Of a stretch of 64,000 bases of DNA, positions 20,344 to 30,800 are shown one piece after another. A program made the position numbers and the translations under genes. The number at the start of each line of letters is the position of its first letter. The first letter of the stretch is position 1. The notes under the pieces were generated by a model. The model was not told the origin of the DNA. It saw nothing but the letters and a program-made list of their open reading frames with translations, and made no database searches. The stretch is from the IMG/VR virus record IMGVR_UViG_3300043446_004500, positions 89,678-153,677 of that record. The stretch is one strand, 5' to 3'. The stretch comes from a virus.

Positions 20344-20781
20344 ATGAAAATATAGGGTCCTTATACTGGAAAAGACGGAAGACAAAGAATTGTTCTTTAT
20401 GAAAATGGAAAAAGAACAACGGTTTCTTATCCAAAATATCTTTTAGAACAAAAAATTGGTAGACCTCTTTTGCCCGATGAAACTTGTGACCATATAGATG
20501 GAGATGTATCAAACAATTCTCTTGACAATTTACAAGTTTTAAGTAGAATTGATAATATAAAAAAACACGCAGCGGTACATAATAAAGCAGAAATGATTTA
20601 TTCTGTGTGTCCCGAGTGTAATAAATCTTTCTATAAATCAGCAAGAGACATTAGACATAACAATATAAAACAACAAAAAGTTGGTCCATTTTGTTCTAAA
20701 TCTTGTGCTGGTAAATATGGTCAAAGATTAAACAAAACTTTTAGAGGAGGAAAACCAAATCTAAACTATAAGCCCGTGTGA
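20344..20781 (+). pseudogene. HNH homing endonuclease with in-frame TAG at codon 4
   Basis: ATG AAA ATA TAG GGT CCT TAT, then an open frame through ...CDHIDGDVSNNSLDNLQVL...CPEC...FCSKSC. Overlaps the 5' end of tRNA-Leu. Confidence 0.7.
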
Positions 20782-20845
20782 CCCAGCGGAATGAGGTTCT
20801 CGACTTAAAATCGAGCAGTCGGCGGTTCGAATCCGCCCACGGGTA
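20772..20845 (+). tRNA. tRNA-Leu(UAA)
   Basis: Acceptor GCCCGTG/CACGGGT; anticodon arm CTCGA-CTTAAAA-TCGAG; T arm GGCGG-TTCGAAT-CCGCC; discriminator A; CCA not encoded. Confidence 0.92.
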
Positions 20846-20894
20846 TTGGAAGATTTAAACGTCTTCTAAATAATCAAAAGTAGGAACAAATCCT

Positions 20895-21164
20895 ATGAAG
20901 TACAGAATTGATACCAGATATGTATGGTACAATCGTGGATCCCAAATAGTCCTAATGTATTTCATTCAGAATATTCCATTTTCTTTTGATGATGTTCCAG
21001 ATGATGGTTTAAATGATTTGGAACTAATTAATTTGGCAGATAAACAAAAACGTTGGGAACCAGAGGATTTATATCAAGCATCCTACTATCTTATGATGGA
21101 AGAATGTCATCCTCTTATGTTTGAAGTCGATCTGGAAAATCCAGAAATGATGCCTGCAGATTAA
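20895..21164 (+). CDS. Hypothetical cyanophage protein
   Basis: ORF with AGGA SD, preceded by TAAATA. Confidence 0.7.
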   Translation: MKYRIDTRYVWYNRGSQIVLMYFIQNIPFSFDDVPDDGLNDLELINLADKQKRWEPEDLYQASYYLMMEECHPLMFEVDLENPEMMPAD

Positions 21165-21165
21165 T

Positions 21166-21236
21166 GCCCCTAAAGCATTGTGGTGATGCACCGCTCTTGT
21201 AAAGCGGAGACGACAGTTCAATTCTGTCTAGGGGCT
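21166..21236 (+). tRNA. tRNA-Thr(UGU)
   Basis: Acceptor GCCCCTA/TAGGGGC; D stem GCAT/ATGC; anticodon arm CCGCT-CTTGTAA-AGCGG; T arm GACAG-TTCAATT-CTGTC. Confidence 0.92.
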
Positions 21237-21256
21237 CTTAAAACACAAGTTTTAAA

Positions 21257-21427
21257 ATGAAAATCAATCTCTGGTACTGCAAAGATATGCAACAGTGGCG
21301 TTGGACGCTATGTGATGATTCACGTCCTATTGTCAAACAAGAATCGGGGCAACAACCATTTCTTCGTGATGCTATGAATGATGTTGCCAATACCGTAGAA
21401 TATATGATGAAACCCTCACAAGAATGA
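21257..21427 (+). CDS. Hypothetical protein (56 aa); absent from ORF track
   Basis: MKINLWYCKDMQQWRWTL...; ATGA overlap with the next gene. Confidence 0.65.
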   Translation: MKINLWYCKDMQQWRWTLCDDSRPIVKQESGQQPFLRDAMNDVANTVEYMMKPSQE

Positions 21428-22050
21428 GTAAAAATACTCAATACTTTATAGATAGAGTAAGTAAAAAGGAACTTGAACCACTCCTTTTAACTTATCATTA
21501 TCTTAAGGATGAAAGTAAATCATACAAGTCGGGTTTTAATTATGGACTCTTCAAGTATAACGAATGGGAATGCCCTCTTAGAATTGGCAGCCCTCTTGCT
21601 TGCTGCATTTTTACTGGTTTCCCAGTACCAGAAATAGCAGTTGGTGCTTTTGGATTACAAAGACACGAACAAGAAGGTCTTTATGAACTCTCTAGACTAT
21701 GCGTTCATCCAGATCTTCAAAAGACCGAATATAATATCACTTCTTGGTTTGTTTCAAGGTGCATAAAAAGGTTTCGTAAGGAAACAAACGTAAGAGCAAT
21801 ATTATCTTATGCTGACTCCTCTCATCATTCTGGAGTGATTTATCGTGCTACAAACTTTAAATATTATGGACTCACAGATCCTAAAAAAGACTTTTATTAT
21901 GCTGATGGTACAAAACATTCAAGAGGAAGTGTTAAAGGTGCTGAAGGAGAATGGAGAGAGAGGAGTCGTAAACACAGATATCTTTTGGTATATGATAAGG
22001 CATTAAATATTCTTTGGAAAGAACAAAAATATTTCTCAACCTCCGAGTAA
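21424..22050 (+). CDS. Mom-like GNAT-fold DNA modification enzyme
   Basis: YHYL, YELSRL, SWFVSRCIK, ILSYADSSHHSGVIYRATNF, KHRY: the Mu Mom family pattern. Confidence 0.75.
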   Translation: MSKNTQYFIDRVSKKELEPLLLTYHYLKDESKSYKSGFNYGLFKYNEWECPLRIGSPLACCIFTGFPVPEIAVGAFGLQRHEQEGLYELSRLCVHPDLQKTEYNITSWFVSRCIKRFRKETNVRAILSYADSSHHSGVIYRATNFKYYGLTDPKKDFYYADGTKHSRGSVKGAEGEWRERSRKHRYLLVYDKALNILWKEQKYFSTSE

Positions 22051-22064
22051 TCGGGGGTTTTCTT
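22038..22064 (+). terminator. Rho-independent terminator
   Basis: AACCTCCGA-GTAA-TCGGGGGTT followed by TTCTT. Confidence 0.7.
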
Positions 22065-22106
22065 GTTGATAAATAACTTATAACGGAACTATAAGAATTA
22101 ATAAAA

Positions 22107-25100
22107 ATGGGTCTCTCCAGATTAGATAATTTTTTGAAGAACACTAAGGGAAATCTAATTTATGTAAATCCAAACGATATTGATGCTACAGACGCAATTG
22201 AAAATCAAGGCAACTCTTTGACAAGACCTTTTAAAACAATTCAAAGAGCACTAATAGAAGCAGCAAGATTTTCATATCAATCTGGTAGAAATAATGATAG
22301 GTTTGGAAAAACCACGGTTCTTGTTTATCCGGGAGAACATGTAGTTGATAACCGACCTGGATGGATTCCAGTTCATGATACTCCAATTAATGGCAACAAT
22401 TATCTGTTAAGAAGTAGTGCAACTTCTGATAATTTAATACCTTTTAGATCTGTTACTAATTTTAACGTCAATAGTGCAGATAATGACTTATACAAGTTGA
22501 ATAGTATTCACGGTGGTGTTATAATTCCAAGAGGTGTTTCTTTAGTTGGTGTTGATCTTAGAAAAACAAAGATCAGACCTAAGTATGTTCCTTCTCCAGA
22601 AAATGATGATATTGAAAGATCTGCAATCTTTAGAGTAACTGGTTCTTGTTTCTTCTTCCAGTTCAGCATCTTTGATGCCGATCCAAATGGAGTTATATAT
22701 AAAGATTACACTGACAATTTATTTGTACCTAATTTTTCCCATCACAAACTCTCTTGTTTTGAGTACGCCGATGGAGTAAATCCAGTCTCAATTGATGATC
22801 AATTTATTACATATTCAACATCAAGAACTGATCTTGATATGTATTATGAGAAGATTGGTCTTGTTTATGGACCTTCATCAGGTAGACCTATTCCTGCTAC
22901 TACAGATACTCTTTATGGAGATTATCCTGCAGTAGTTGATATTGAGAAAAAGGTTGATGAATACCGTATTGTTGGATCTACTGGTTTAGAAGTTGGAATT
23001 TCAACAATTACAGCAACAGCAGGATCAACTGCAATTACTGTTGGTCTCCAAGAATCTCTTCCTGGTCTTGAAGTAGATACTCCTATTCAAATTAATGGAG
23101 TTGGTGCAAATGGATATGATGGACAATACGTTGTAAGTGAAGTCCTTGATTCCAAAACTATTAAATATGAAGTACAAAATACTCCATTAAACTTAATTCC
23201 ACCAATCGCAAGTGCTACATTAAGTCTTTCTGTAGATACAGTAACTTCTGCATCTCCATATATCTTTAACGTATCATTGAGATCTGTCTGGGGTATGTGC
23301 GGTATGCTTGCTGATGGTAGCAAGGCAGATGGATTTAAATCAATGGTTGTTGCTCAATTTACAGGCATTGGTTTACAAAAAGATAATAATGCTTTTGTGA
23401 AGTATAAGACTTCAGAAACAGAAGGTTTATATCAAGACACTACAGCAAGTGGAAATGAAAATATACATACCGATTCTCTTGCAAGATATAAACCAACTTA
23501 CGAAAACTTTCATATTAAAGCAATAAATGATTCTTTCTTGCAGTTAGTTTCAGTATTTGCTATTGGATATGCTGCTCACTTCGTTGCCGAAAGTGGTGGT
23601 GACTTATCCATTACTAACTCAAACTCTAACTTTGGTGCAAAGGCATTAGTTGCAGATGGATATAAGAGCACTGCTTTTGCAAAAGATGATACTGGATATA
23701 TTACTCATATTATTCCACCAAAGCAACTTGAAACATTAGAAAGTAGTGTAGAATATATTGCAGTTGATGTTGGAGTAACTACAGGCATAGGAAGCACAAG
23801 TAGATTATATCTCTACAATCAAACAAATTCCGCAGTTTTGCCCGATTACACAATTGATGGGTATAGAATTGGAGCAAAAGTTAATGATAAATTAAATGTA
23901 ATTCTATCAAAATCTGGAATCAGCACTCAGTATTCGGCAAGAATTATTATGCCGAATACTCAAAATAATCAAGAAATATCTTTTGAAAAATCATATTTTG
24001 TTGGAAAGAGTACTTTAGGAATTAATAGTATTTCCTCTAGTACTATTACCTTTACAGAACCACACTCTTTTTTAAATGGTGAAAGTGTTCGTGTTATAAG
24101 TTTGGATGGAAATATTCCTGATGGAATAAGAGCAAATCAACTTTATTATGTAATTACTTCTGGAATTGGAAGTGATCAGATTAAACTCGCACAGACTTTC
24201 AATAATACTATAACTAATGACTTTATTTCAATCAATAATAGAGGAGGAACATTAAAAGTTGTAAGTAGAGTTTCCGATAAGAAATCTGGAGATATTGGAC
24301 ACCCAATTGGATTTGATACTTCAGTAAATCAATGGTATGTTAATGTTGCAACAGCAGCATCTGAAAATAGCATTTATCCAGCATTGTCTGGTTTAGGTGG
24401 TGTCGCCGTTCTTGGTTCAGCAACACCTAGAACATTTATTACAAGAAGACCAGATACTAGAAACTTAGTTGATACAATTTATCGTGCAAGATATGTAATT
24501 CCTGCAGATTCTTTTGCAAGACCACCTCTTGATGGATTTGTAATTCAAGAATCTAGTGAAACAATCGGTATTACTACCAGTGAAGTTGAATCATACTCAA
24601 GTATTCTTCCATTTACTCTTGCAAATACAACTCAACTAAGAAATTTTAGAATTATTTCAAATGCGGAGTGGAGTTCAAATGTAGCAAAATACACTACTGA
24701 ACTACCTCATGAATTGAGTGCAGGTTCTGAAGTTGAAATCTTAAACATTAAGAGTGCAAATAATTCAACTGGAGTTGGAAACTCAGGATTTAACGGAATT
24801 TTCACTGTAACACAAATTAACAATTCTAAACAATTTAGTGTTACATTAAATAGTGCTGTTGGTCCCGGAACATTTACGAGTGACACTTCACTAAGAAATG
24901 TTTCTCTTCCATACTTTAAGAGAAAAAAATATTCAAACACTTATACTGTATATAGATCTCAAGAAGTACAAAAACATGTTAGAAAAGATGTTGCAAATGG
25001 AATAAGTGGACAAGATGGAATTTATCATTTACTTTTAGTAAACAACTCTAACAGTCCAGATATTTCTCCATTTACTGATTTAAATTTCTCACAACCAATT

Positions 25101-27803
25101 CAGAATCTCTATCCACAAACAAATAGAGATAATCCAAATTCAGATCCAAGAGAATCAACATCGTTCTCTCTTCCAGACCCAATTGGACAAGTTGTTGTTA
25201 ATGATCCACAATATAGTATCACAAAAGAAACTGTCAATAAGATTGCAAATGATTTTGGTCTTGGAATTGGAGTAACTAATGTTTATTCTACTAGTGGTTC
25301 TGATCACATTATTCACACTGAAATTGATCATGGATTAAATCGTATTACTAGAGTAGGTATTGTAAGTGCCGGTCTTAATTATGGTTCAGGTATTGGAGTA
25401 ACTCAAACATTTTATAATGCAAGACTTGTTGGATTTGCGGGATCAACTACGGGAGATTATGCTACCGCAAGAGTAACTGTTAATAATGTTGGTTCAATTA
25501 CTGCCGTTAAGATTATTGATGGTGGTAGTGCATATGGTATTGGAAATACTTTAACAGTTGTTGGTATTGCAACAACAACTGGACATATTGTTGGTGTAGT
25601 AAGTGTAACATCTATTTACAATAATGTTGGTGATTCATTAAAACTAGATGGAATTATTTCTGACGTATATACAAAATATAATACTCTTTATAGAATTACT
25701 GGAATTGACACCGGATCTACAAAAATAGTTAAAGTATCTTCAGCATCAACATTATCATCGCCATATGCAGTATCGGGAATTGGCAATACAGTTGCAGCAA
25801 ACGCATTTATTTCTTTAACAGGACAAGCACTTAAAGTTAATTCTATACAATATAATCCAGTCTCTGGATTGGCAACAGTCACAACTCAGCAAAGACATGG
25901 TTTATTTGTCAATAATTCAGTAAAAGTTGGTGGAGCAAATAATTCATTCTATAACGGCGACTTTATAATTAAAAAAATTCAGTCCTCTAATTCTTTCCAA
26001 CTTTTTATAGGAATTAGTACGGTTGGATTATCAACTTCTGGCAATATCTATGCATTTAGAACTGGATATTCTGCAAATGGCGGAAATGTTTCAATTGATG
26101 ACGAAAATGTTTCTGGAAGAATGGTTTCAGAATATGCAGGAATTACAACTACTATTTCTGCACCAATTGTTGACGAACTAACAACAACTGTTGAAATTGC
26201 AAATCTTACCACACTAGATTTACAAATTGGTGATCATTTAGAGATTGATAATGAAATCGTTAGAATTAAAACAACGGTTTTACCAGCAGATACAACAGTT
26301 TCTGTCTTTAGAGGAGTATTAGGAACAAGACCAACACAACACGATACAAACTCTGTTATTCGTAAAATTAAACCAAGACCAATAGAATTAAGAAGAAATT
26401 CAATTATTCGTGCTTCTGGACATACGTTTGAATATGTTGGATTTGGTCCTGGAAACTACTCCACTGCACTTCCATCAAAACAAAACCGACAAATTACTGC
26501 ACAAGAAGAAATTCTTTCCCAATCATTCAAGACTGATGGTGGACTTATTGTTTACACTGGAATGAATAATGATGGAGACTTCTACATTGGAAATAAAAAA
26601 GTAAGTTCTGCAAATGGCCAGGAAGAGGTTTTTGATGCTCCTATTCCGACTATAACTGGAGATGATATTTCTTCTGGTGGTTTTAGTCTAGGATTTGATG
26701 TTCTTACTCCACTTGAAGCATCAATTAGTAGATCACTCAGAGTTGAAGGTGGTCCAAATGCAGATATTGTATCCGAATTTGATGGTCCCATTATTTTCAA
26801 TAATAAGGTTACATCTAATTCTGAAAAGGGTATTGAAGCATATTCAATATATTTGCAAGGTGATGCTACAATCTCAAGAAAATATACTGTTGGTATTGCT
26901 ACACCATCTACTTCAGGAACACCTGGAGATGTTGTCTTCCGTTCAGAACCAGTAAAAGGTGGAACTGTTGGATGGGTATACACTACAGATAATGATTGGT
27001 ATCCTTTTGGAAATATTAGTATTTCCAAAAATTCTAGAATTGGAATTTTTGATCAAGTTGGAATTAACACAACCGATCCTGGAACTTGTCTCTTAAGTAT
27101 TGTTGGATCTGCTTCTACTTATTTCTGCTTTAATCAGTGGGGCGTTGGTATTAATACCAACGCAAATGCAACTTACGATTTAAATCTCTTAGGAACAGCA
27201 AATATCACGGGCGATCTTTATGTAACTGGAACAATTTATGGAGCAGTAAATATTGATTCTCTTTGGTCATCAAATGCAACTGGTATACATACTACAAGAA
27301 GTGTTGGAATTGCAACCACATCTGCAAAAGCAAATACTGCATTATATGTAAATGGTAAAACTGAAATTAATGGTGCCTTAAAAGTAGTTGAAGTTATTGA
27401 AAAGGCAACTGTTAACACATCAACAGTTCCAACAGGAACTTTGAATATTGATCTTGCAGAAAATAATGTTTATTATTATACCCAACAAGCAACAGGAAAT
27501 TGGACTATTAACTTTAGAGGAAATTCTGGACAAACTCTTGATAATTTCTTAGAAGTTGGAGATTCAATTACTGTTGCAATTATTACAACCCAAGGAGTAA
27601 CACCTTATTATAATAACATAATTAGAATTGATGGACTTCAAGTTACACCAAAATATTATGGAGGAACCCAGATTTTATCTGGAAATTCAAGTGGAATTGA
27701 TATGTATACATATGTTATTGTAAGAAAAGCAAACTCTTCTGGTCCATCATACAATCCAAATGATGATTTCACTGTGCTTTATTCACAATCCCAGTACGCA
27801 TAA
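22107..27803 (+). CDS. Giant virion structural/baseplate-associated protein (1898 aa)
   Basis: Cyanophage-typical MGLSRLDNFLKN..IYV.P.D.DATD..NQG.SLTRPFKTIQRALIEAARFSY; late-promoter-like ATAAATA upstream. Confidence 0.8.
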   Translation: MGLSRLDNFLKNTKGNLIYVNPNDIDATDAIENQGNSLTRPFKTIQRALIEAARFSYQSGRNNDRFGKTTVLVYPGEHVVDNRPGWIPVHDTPINGNNYLLRSSATSDNLIPFRSVTNFNVNSADNDLYKLNSIHGGVIIPRGVSLVGVDLRKTKIRPKYVPSPENDDIERSAIFRVTGSCFFFQFSIFDADPNGVIYKDYTDNLFVPNFSHHKLSCFEYADGVNPVSIDDQFITYSTSRTDLDMYYEKIGLVYGPSSGRPIPATTDTLYGDYPAVVDIEKKVDEYRIVGSTGLEVGISTITATAGSTAITVGLQESLPGLEVDTPIQINGVGANGYDGQYVVSEVLDSKTIKYEVQNTPLNLIPPIASATLSLSVDTVTSASPYIFNVSLRSVWGMCGMLADGSKADGFKSMVVAQFTGIGLQKDNNAFVKYKTSETEGLYQDTTASGNENIHTDSLARYKPTYENFHIKAINDSFLQLVSVFAIGYAAHFVAESGGDLSITNSNSNFGAKALVADGYKSTAFAKDDTGYITHIIPPKQLETLESSVEYIAVDVGVTTGIGSTSRLYLYNQTNSAVLPDYTIDGYRIGAKVNDKLNVILSKSGISTQYSARIIMPNTQNNQEISFEKSYFVGKSTLGINSISSSTITFTEPHSFLNGESVRVISLDGNIPDGIRANQLYYVITSGIGSDQIKLAQTFNNTITNDFISINNRGGTLKVVSRVSDKKSGDIGHPIGFDTSVNQWYVNVATAASENSIYPALSGLGGVAVLGSATPRTFITRRPDTRNLVDTIYRARYVIPADSFARPPLDGFVIQESSETIGITTSEVESYSSILPFTLANTTQLRNFRIISNAEWSSNVAKYTTELPHELSAGSEVEILNIKSANNSTGVGNSGFNGIFTVTQINNSKQFSVTLNSAVGPGTFTSDTSLRNVSLPYFKRKKYSNTYTVYRSQEVQKHVRKDVANGISGQDGIYHLLLVNNSNSPDISPFTDLNFSQPIQNLYPQTNRDNPNSDPRESTSFSLPDPIGQVVVNDPQYSITKETVNKIANDFGLGIGVTNVYSTSGSDHIIHTEIDHGLNRITRVGIVSAGLNYGSGIGVTQTFYNARLVGFAGSTTGDYATARVTVNNVGSITAVKIIDGGSAYGIGNTLTVVGIATTTGHIVGVVSVTSIYNNVGDSLKLDGIISDVYTKYNTLYRITGIDTGSTKIVKVSSASTLSSPYAVSGIGNTVAANAFISLTGQALKVNSIQYNPVSGLATVTTQQRHGLFVNNSVKVGGANNSFYNGDFIIKKIQSSNSFQLFIGISTVGLSTSGNIYAFRTGYSANGGNVSIDDENVSGRMVSEYAGITTTISAPIVDELTTTVEIANLTTLDLQIGDHLEIDNEIVRIKTTVLPADTTVSVFRGVLGTRPTQHDTNSVIRKIKPRPIELRRNSIIRASGHTFEYVGFGPGNYSTALPSKQNRQITAQEEILSQSFKTDGGLIVYTGMNNDGDFYIGNKKVSSANGQEEVFDAPIPTITGDDISSGGFSLGFDVLTPLEASISRSLRVEGGPNADIVSEFDGPIIFNNKVTSNSEKGIEAYSIYLQGDATISRKYTVGIATPSTSGTPGDVVFRSEPVKGGTVGWVYTTDNDWYPFGNISISKNSRIGIFDQVGINTTDPGTCLLSIVGSASTYFCFNQWGVGINTNANATYDLNLLGTANITGDLYVTGTIYGAVNIDSLWSSNATGIHTTRSVGIATTSAKANTALYVNGKTEINGALKVVEVIEKATVNTSTVPTGTLNIDLAENNVYYYTQQATGNWTINFRGNSGQTLDNFLEVGDSITVAIITTQGVTPYYNNIIRIDGLQVTPKYYGGTQILSGNSSGIDMYTYVIVRKANSSGPSYNPNDDFTVLYSQSQYA

Positions 27804-27809
27804 TAACAG

Positions 27810-30800
27810 ATGAGTCCACTATTAGGTGCTATCGGCGGAATTTCCGAATATAACTATAGAGGTAATTTTGATGATTGGCCAAATCCTTTTATATTCGGAA
27901 ATTTAGTTAATGTTGAACCTGGTTCAACTGTTGGAGTTTCTACAGTTATTACTGGAATTAATTATAAATCAATAGTAACAACTTCACCAGGTTCTCAAGT
28001 ATCCGTCAGAAATATTATTGGAATAACTAGCATTTATTCTGGGGATAGTAATACACCTTCTTCAACTGCTACAGTTTCAATTGCAAAAAGCACTACTGAA
28101 TTGGCAGTAGGAAAAAATATAAGAATTTTAAATACTTCAGATTCAACTTATAATGGAGTTTTTGTAGTTTCATCAGTCATTGACTCTCCTTATGTAACTA
28201 GATTTACTTATGAACTGCCAGGAATCGCATCTACTGCTAGACCTGGAATAAGTACAGCAGAGTTTAATTATGAAGTTTATCCTTTTTCCGAAAGTGGATT
28301 AACCTATATTAGAAATGATCAAATATTAGAGGTAAGTCTTTCAACAACTTCTGGAAATAATGTTGATTTTGATAAGCAATACAGAACTACTGTAAAGGTA
28401 GGAAAAAGAACATCAGATTGGTCAGTTAGAACTAGATCAAAAGATTCTACTCCAGATCCATTTTTCTTCAGCAATTTAATTGATTTAAATGTTGGAATTG
28501 CTACCACAAGCAATTCAATTACTTTAGCAGGACTTGAACCGGGAATTCCATCTTTTGCTTTTATTTCTTCCGGAATTGGATCGTTTAGTGTAAATGGTTC
28601 TGTAGGAGTAACTACGGCAAATGTAAATAATGGTGACATCATTTTTATGAATGAAGTCACCTCACAAAATTATTTGTCCACAAAAACTTCATTTATTACT
28701 GTTGGAACTTATACAACATCATTTAGTGTTACTACAAGAGCAGCAGATAGAACACTAAATCAATTTGCATTTAATACTTTAGTTAATGTTCCAATTAATC
28801 AAGATCAAGTTAGTATAACTACAAGTTTAACCGGTGCTGATAACAATATACCATTATCAGCATCTGTTTCTTCACCTGGACAATTGCAGGTAAATTCCGA
28901 TAACTATATTTCTGGATCTACAGAAGTCTTTAATGGAGATAATGTAAAATTAAAAATTCTAGGATCAACAATTAAAGAATATGGAACTACTTATTCGACA
29001 TCTTTATCCATTTCTGGTGTAAGTAGTAGTTTTTTTGTTACAACAAGACCAAGACCAATAAAAACTTTTCCAGATCAATTTACATTTACCGATATATTAA
29101 ATGCCTCTCCAAATTCAACTGTTGAAAGTTCTTTAGTAACTCTTTCTGGAATGACAGTTGGAGTTGCAGATACTGGACTTGCAACAATTACTGGTGGAGC
29201 AGAATTTAGAGTTTATAGAAATGGATCACTGATTCGTGATTATAATTCATCTTCATTTCCTGTAAAAAATTCTGACCAAATTCAATTAAGAACTATTTCA
29301 GCAGGTGAAGGTTCAAGAATTCAACCAAAATTAACAGTTTCTGGAGTAGATACAAGACAGGTTATTAGTGGAGTAGAAGGTTCTACAAGTGATACTTGGG
29401 ATGTAATATCTAGATTTTTATCATGTAAGGTCAATCAAACGACATTTAATGCGGCATTGTCTACCGTATCTAATGCAAAAATTAGAGAACTTAAATCAAC
29501 CAGTTTTACTGTTTCTGGATTAGATAATGGTTGCGATACTATTATTACAACATCAAATCCAGACTCTTATATTAGAAATCAAAATGGAACTCAAGTAACA
29601 TATTCACAACCTCTTGATATTAAAAATGGTGATGTGATTACCATTTACATGACTGCTTCGGCAGCATATAATACAAATAAATCAACAACCATAGAATGCA
29701 AAAGAAGAAATGGTTCAGATTTAGTTTCTGGAACTTGGACAATTAGAACACAAGTTGAAGATAGATTACCAGATCCTTTTGATTTAATTTTTAGAAGTCT
29801 AAATGATATAACTCCTTGTACTTATCGTTCTACATTTGTAACAGAAAGTTTGTCTGGACTGTCTGAAGAAACTATAGTTCCAGCTTCTGTAACTTCAACA
29901 AATGGAACTGCACAAATTTCCAAAAATGGAGGAATATTTGGAACCTCTATTGATGGTGGAGTTAAAAACGGAGACAGAATTGATATTCGTCTAAAATCAA
30001 ATTGCGAATATGGAGGATCTTGTGAATCTGCAACTGTTACTGTTGGAGAAAGATCTGAAGATTGGGTTCTATGTCCAGAGAAAATTTCATTACCAACAGT
30101 AAATCTTCAAGCAAATTCAACTTCAATTAATTATGATGGATCAGTAACTTTAACTTGGACTTCTACATTTGCTGCTTCTGTTAGAAGCAGCAGTGGAACA
30201 GGATTTGTAGGTGTTGGATCTACTCAAGGAACTATCACTATTAATAATTTAAAAGCAAACACAACATATTCAATTACTGTAGAAAATTCTAAAGGTTATG
30301 CTACTTCTTCAGTTGATATCGTAGTTGCTCCAGAACCATCACCAACAGTAACTTTAAAAAATATTGATAAAACAACTATTGCGCCAATTTACACTGGGGT
30401 TAAAGAGGGAATTTATGCAAATGGACAATATATTTTTATTGGCGGATATGATCCTTATATTTTTGATCCATATGCTTATATTCCAGGGAAATCATATATT
30501 TTTATAAGTAATAATGGATTTTCTTGGGAAGTTATTTCTACAAATATTAGTGACTTACTATATGATGTATCATATAGTTCCGGATCTACATTTGTATCTG
30601 TTGGTAGTAGAGGGACAATAGTAAAAACTACGGATAATTGGAAAACAATTACAAATCATTCTATTGCATTTGAAGGAGATTTTCCATCGGTTACTTATGG
30701 TAATGGAAAATTTATAGCAATTACTCGTATAAGAAATCAATATGTATATACGTCTACGGATGGAGCAACCTGGGTAAAACAAACTATAGGAGGATCATCA

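Noticed and set aside
20353-20355. Genome-wide TAG recoding or an amber suppressor
   Set aside because: TAG terminates several normal genes (gp26, gp48, 34270, 37399, 43627), and the tRNA anticodons here are UAA and UGU, not CUA.
20330-20644. Minus-strand 104-aa ORF
   Set aside because: Antisense to the HNH frame; no recognisable motifs or start signals.
21238-21441. Minus-strand 67-aa ORF
   Set aside because: The plus-strand 56-aa ORF fits the operon and overlaps the next start.
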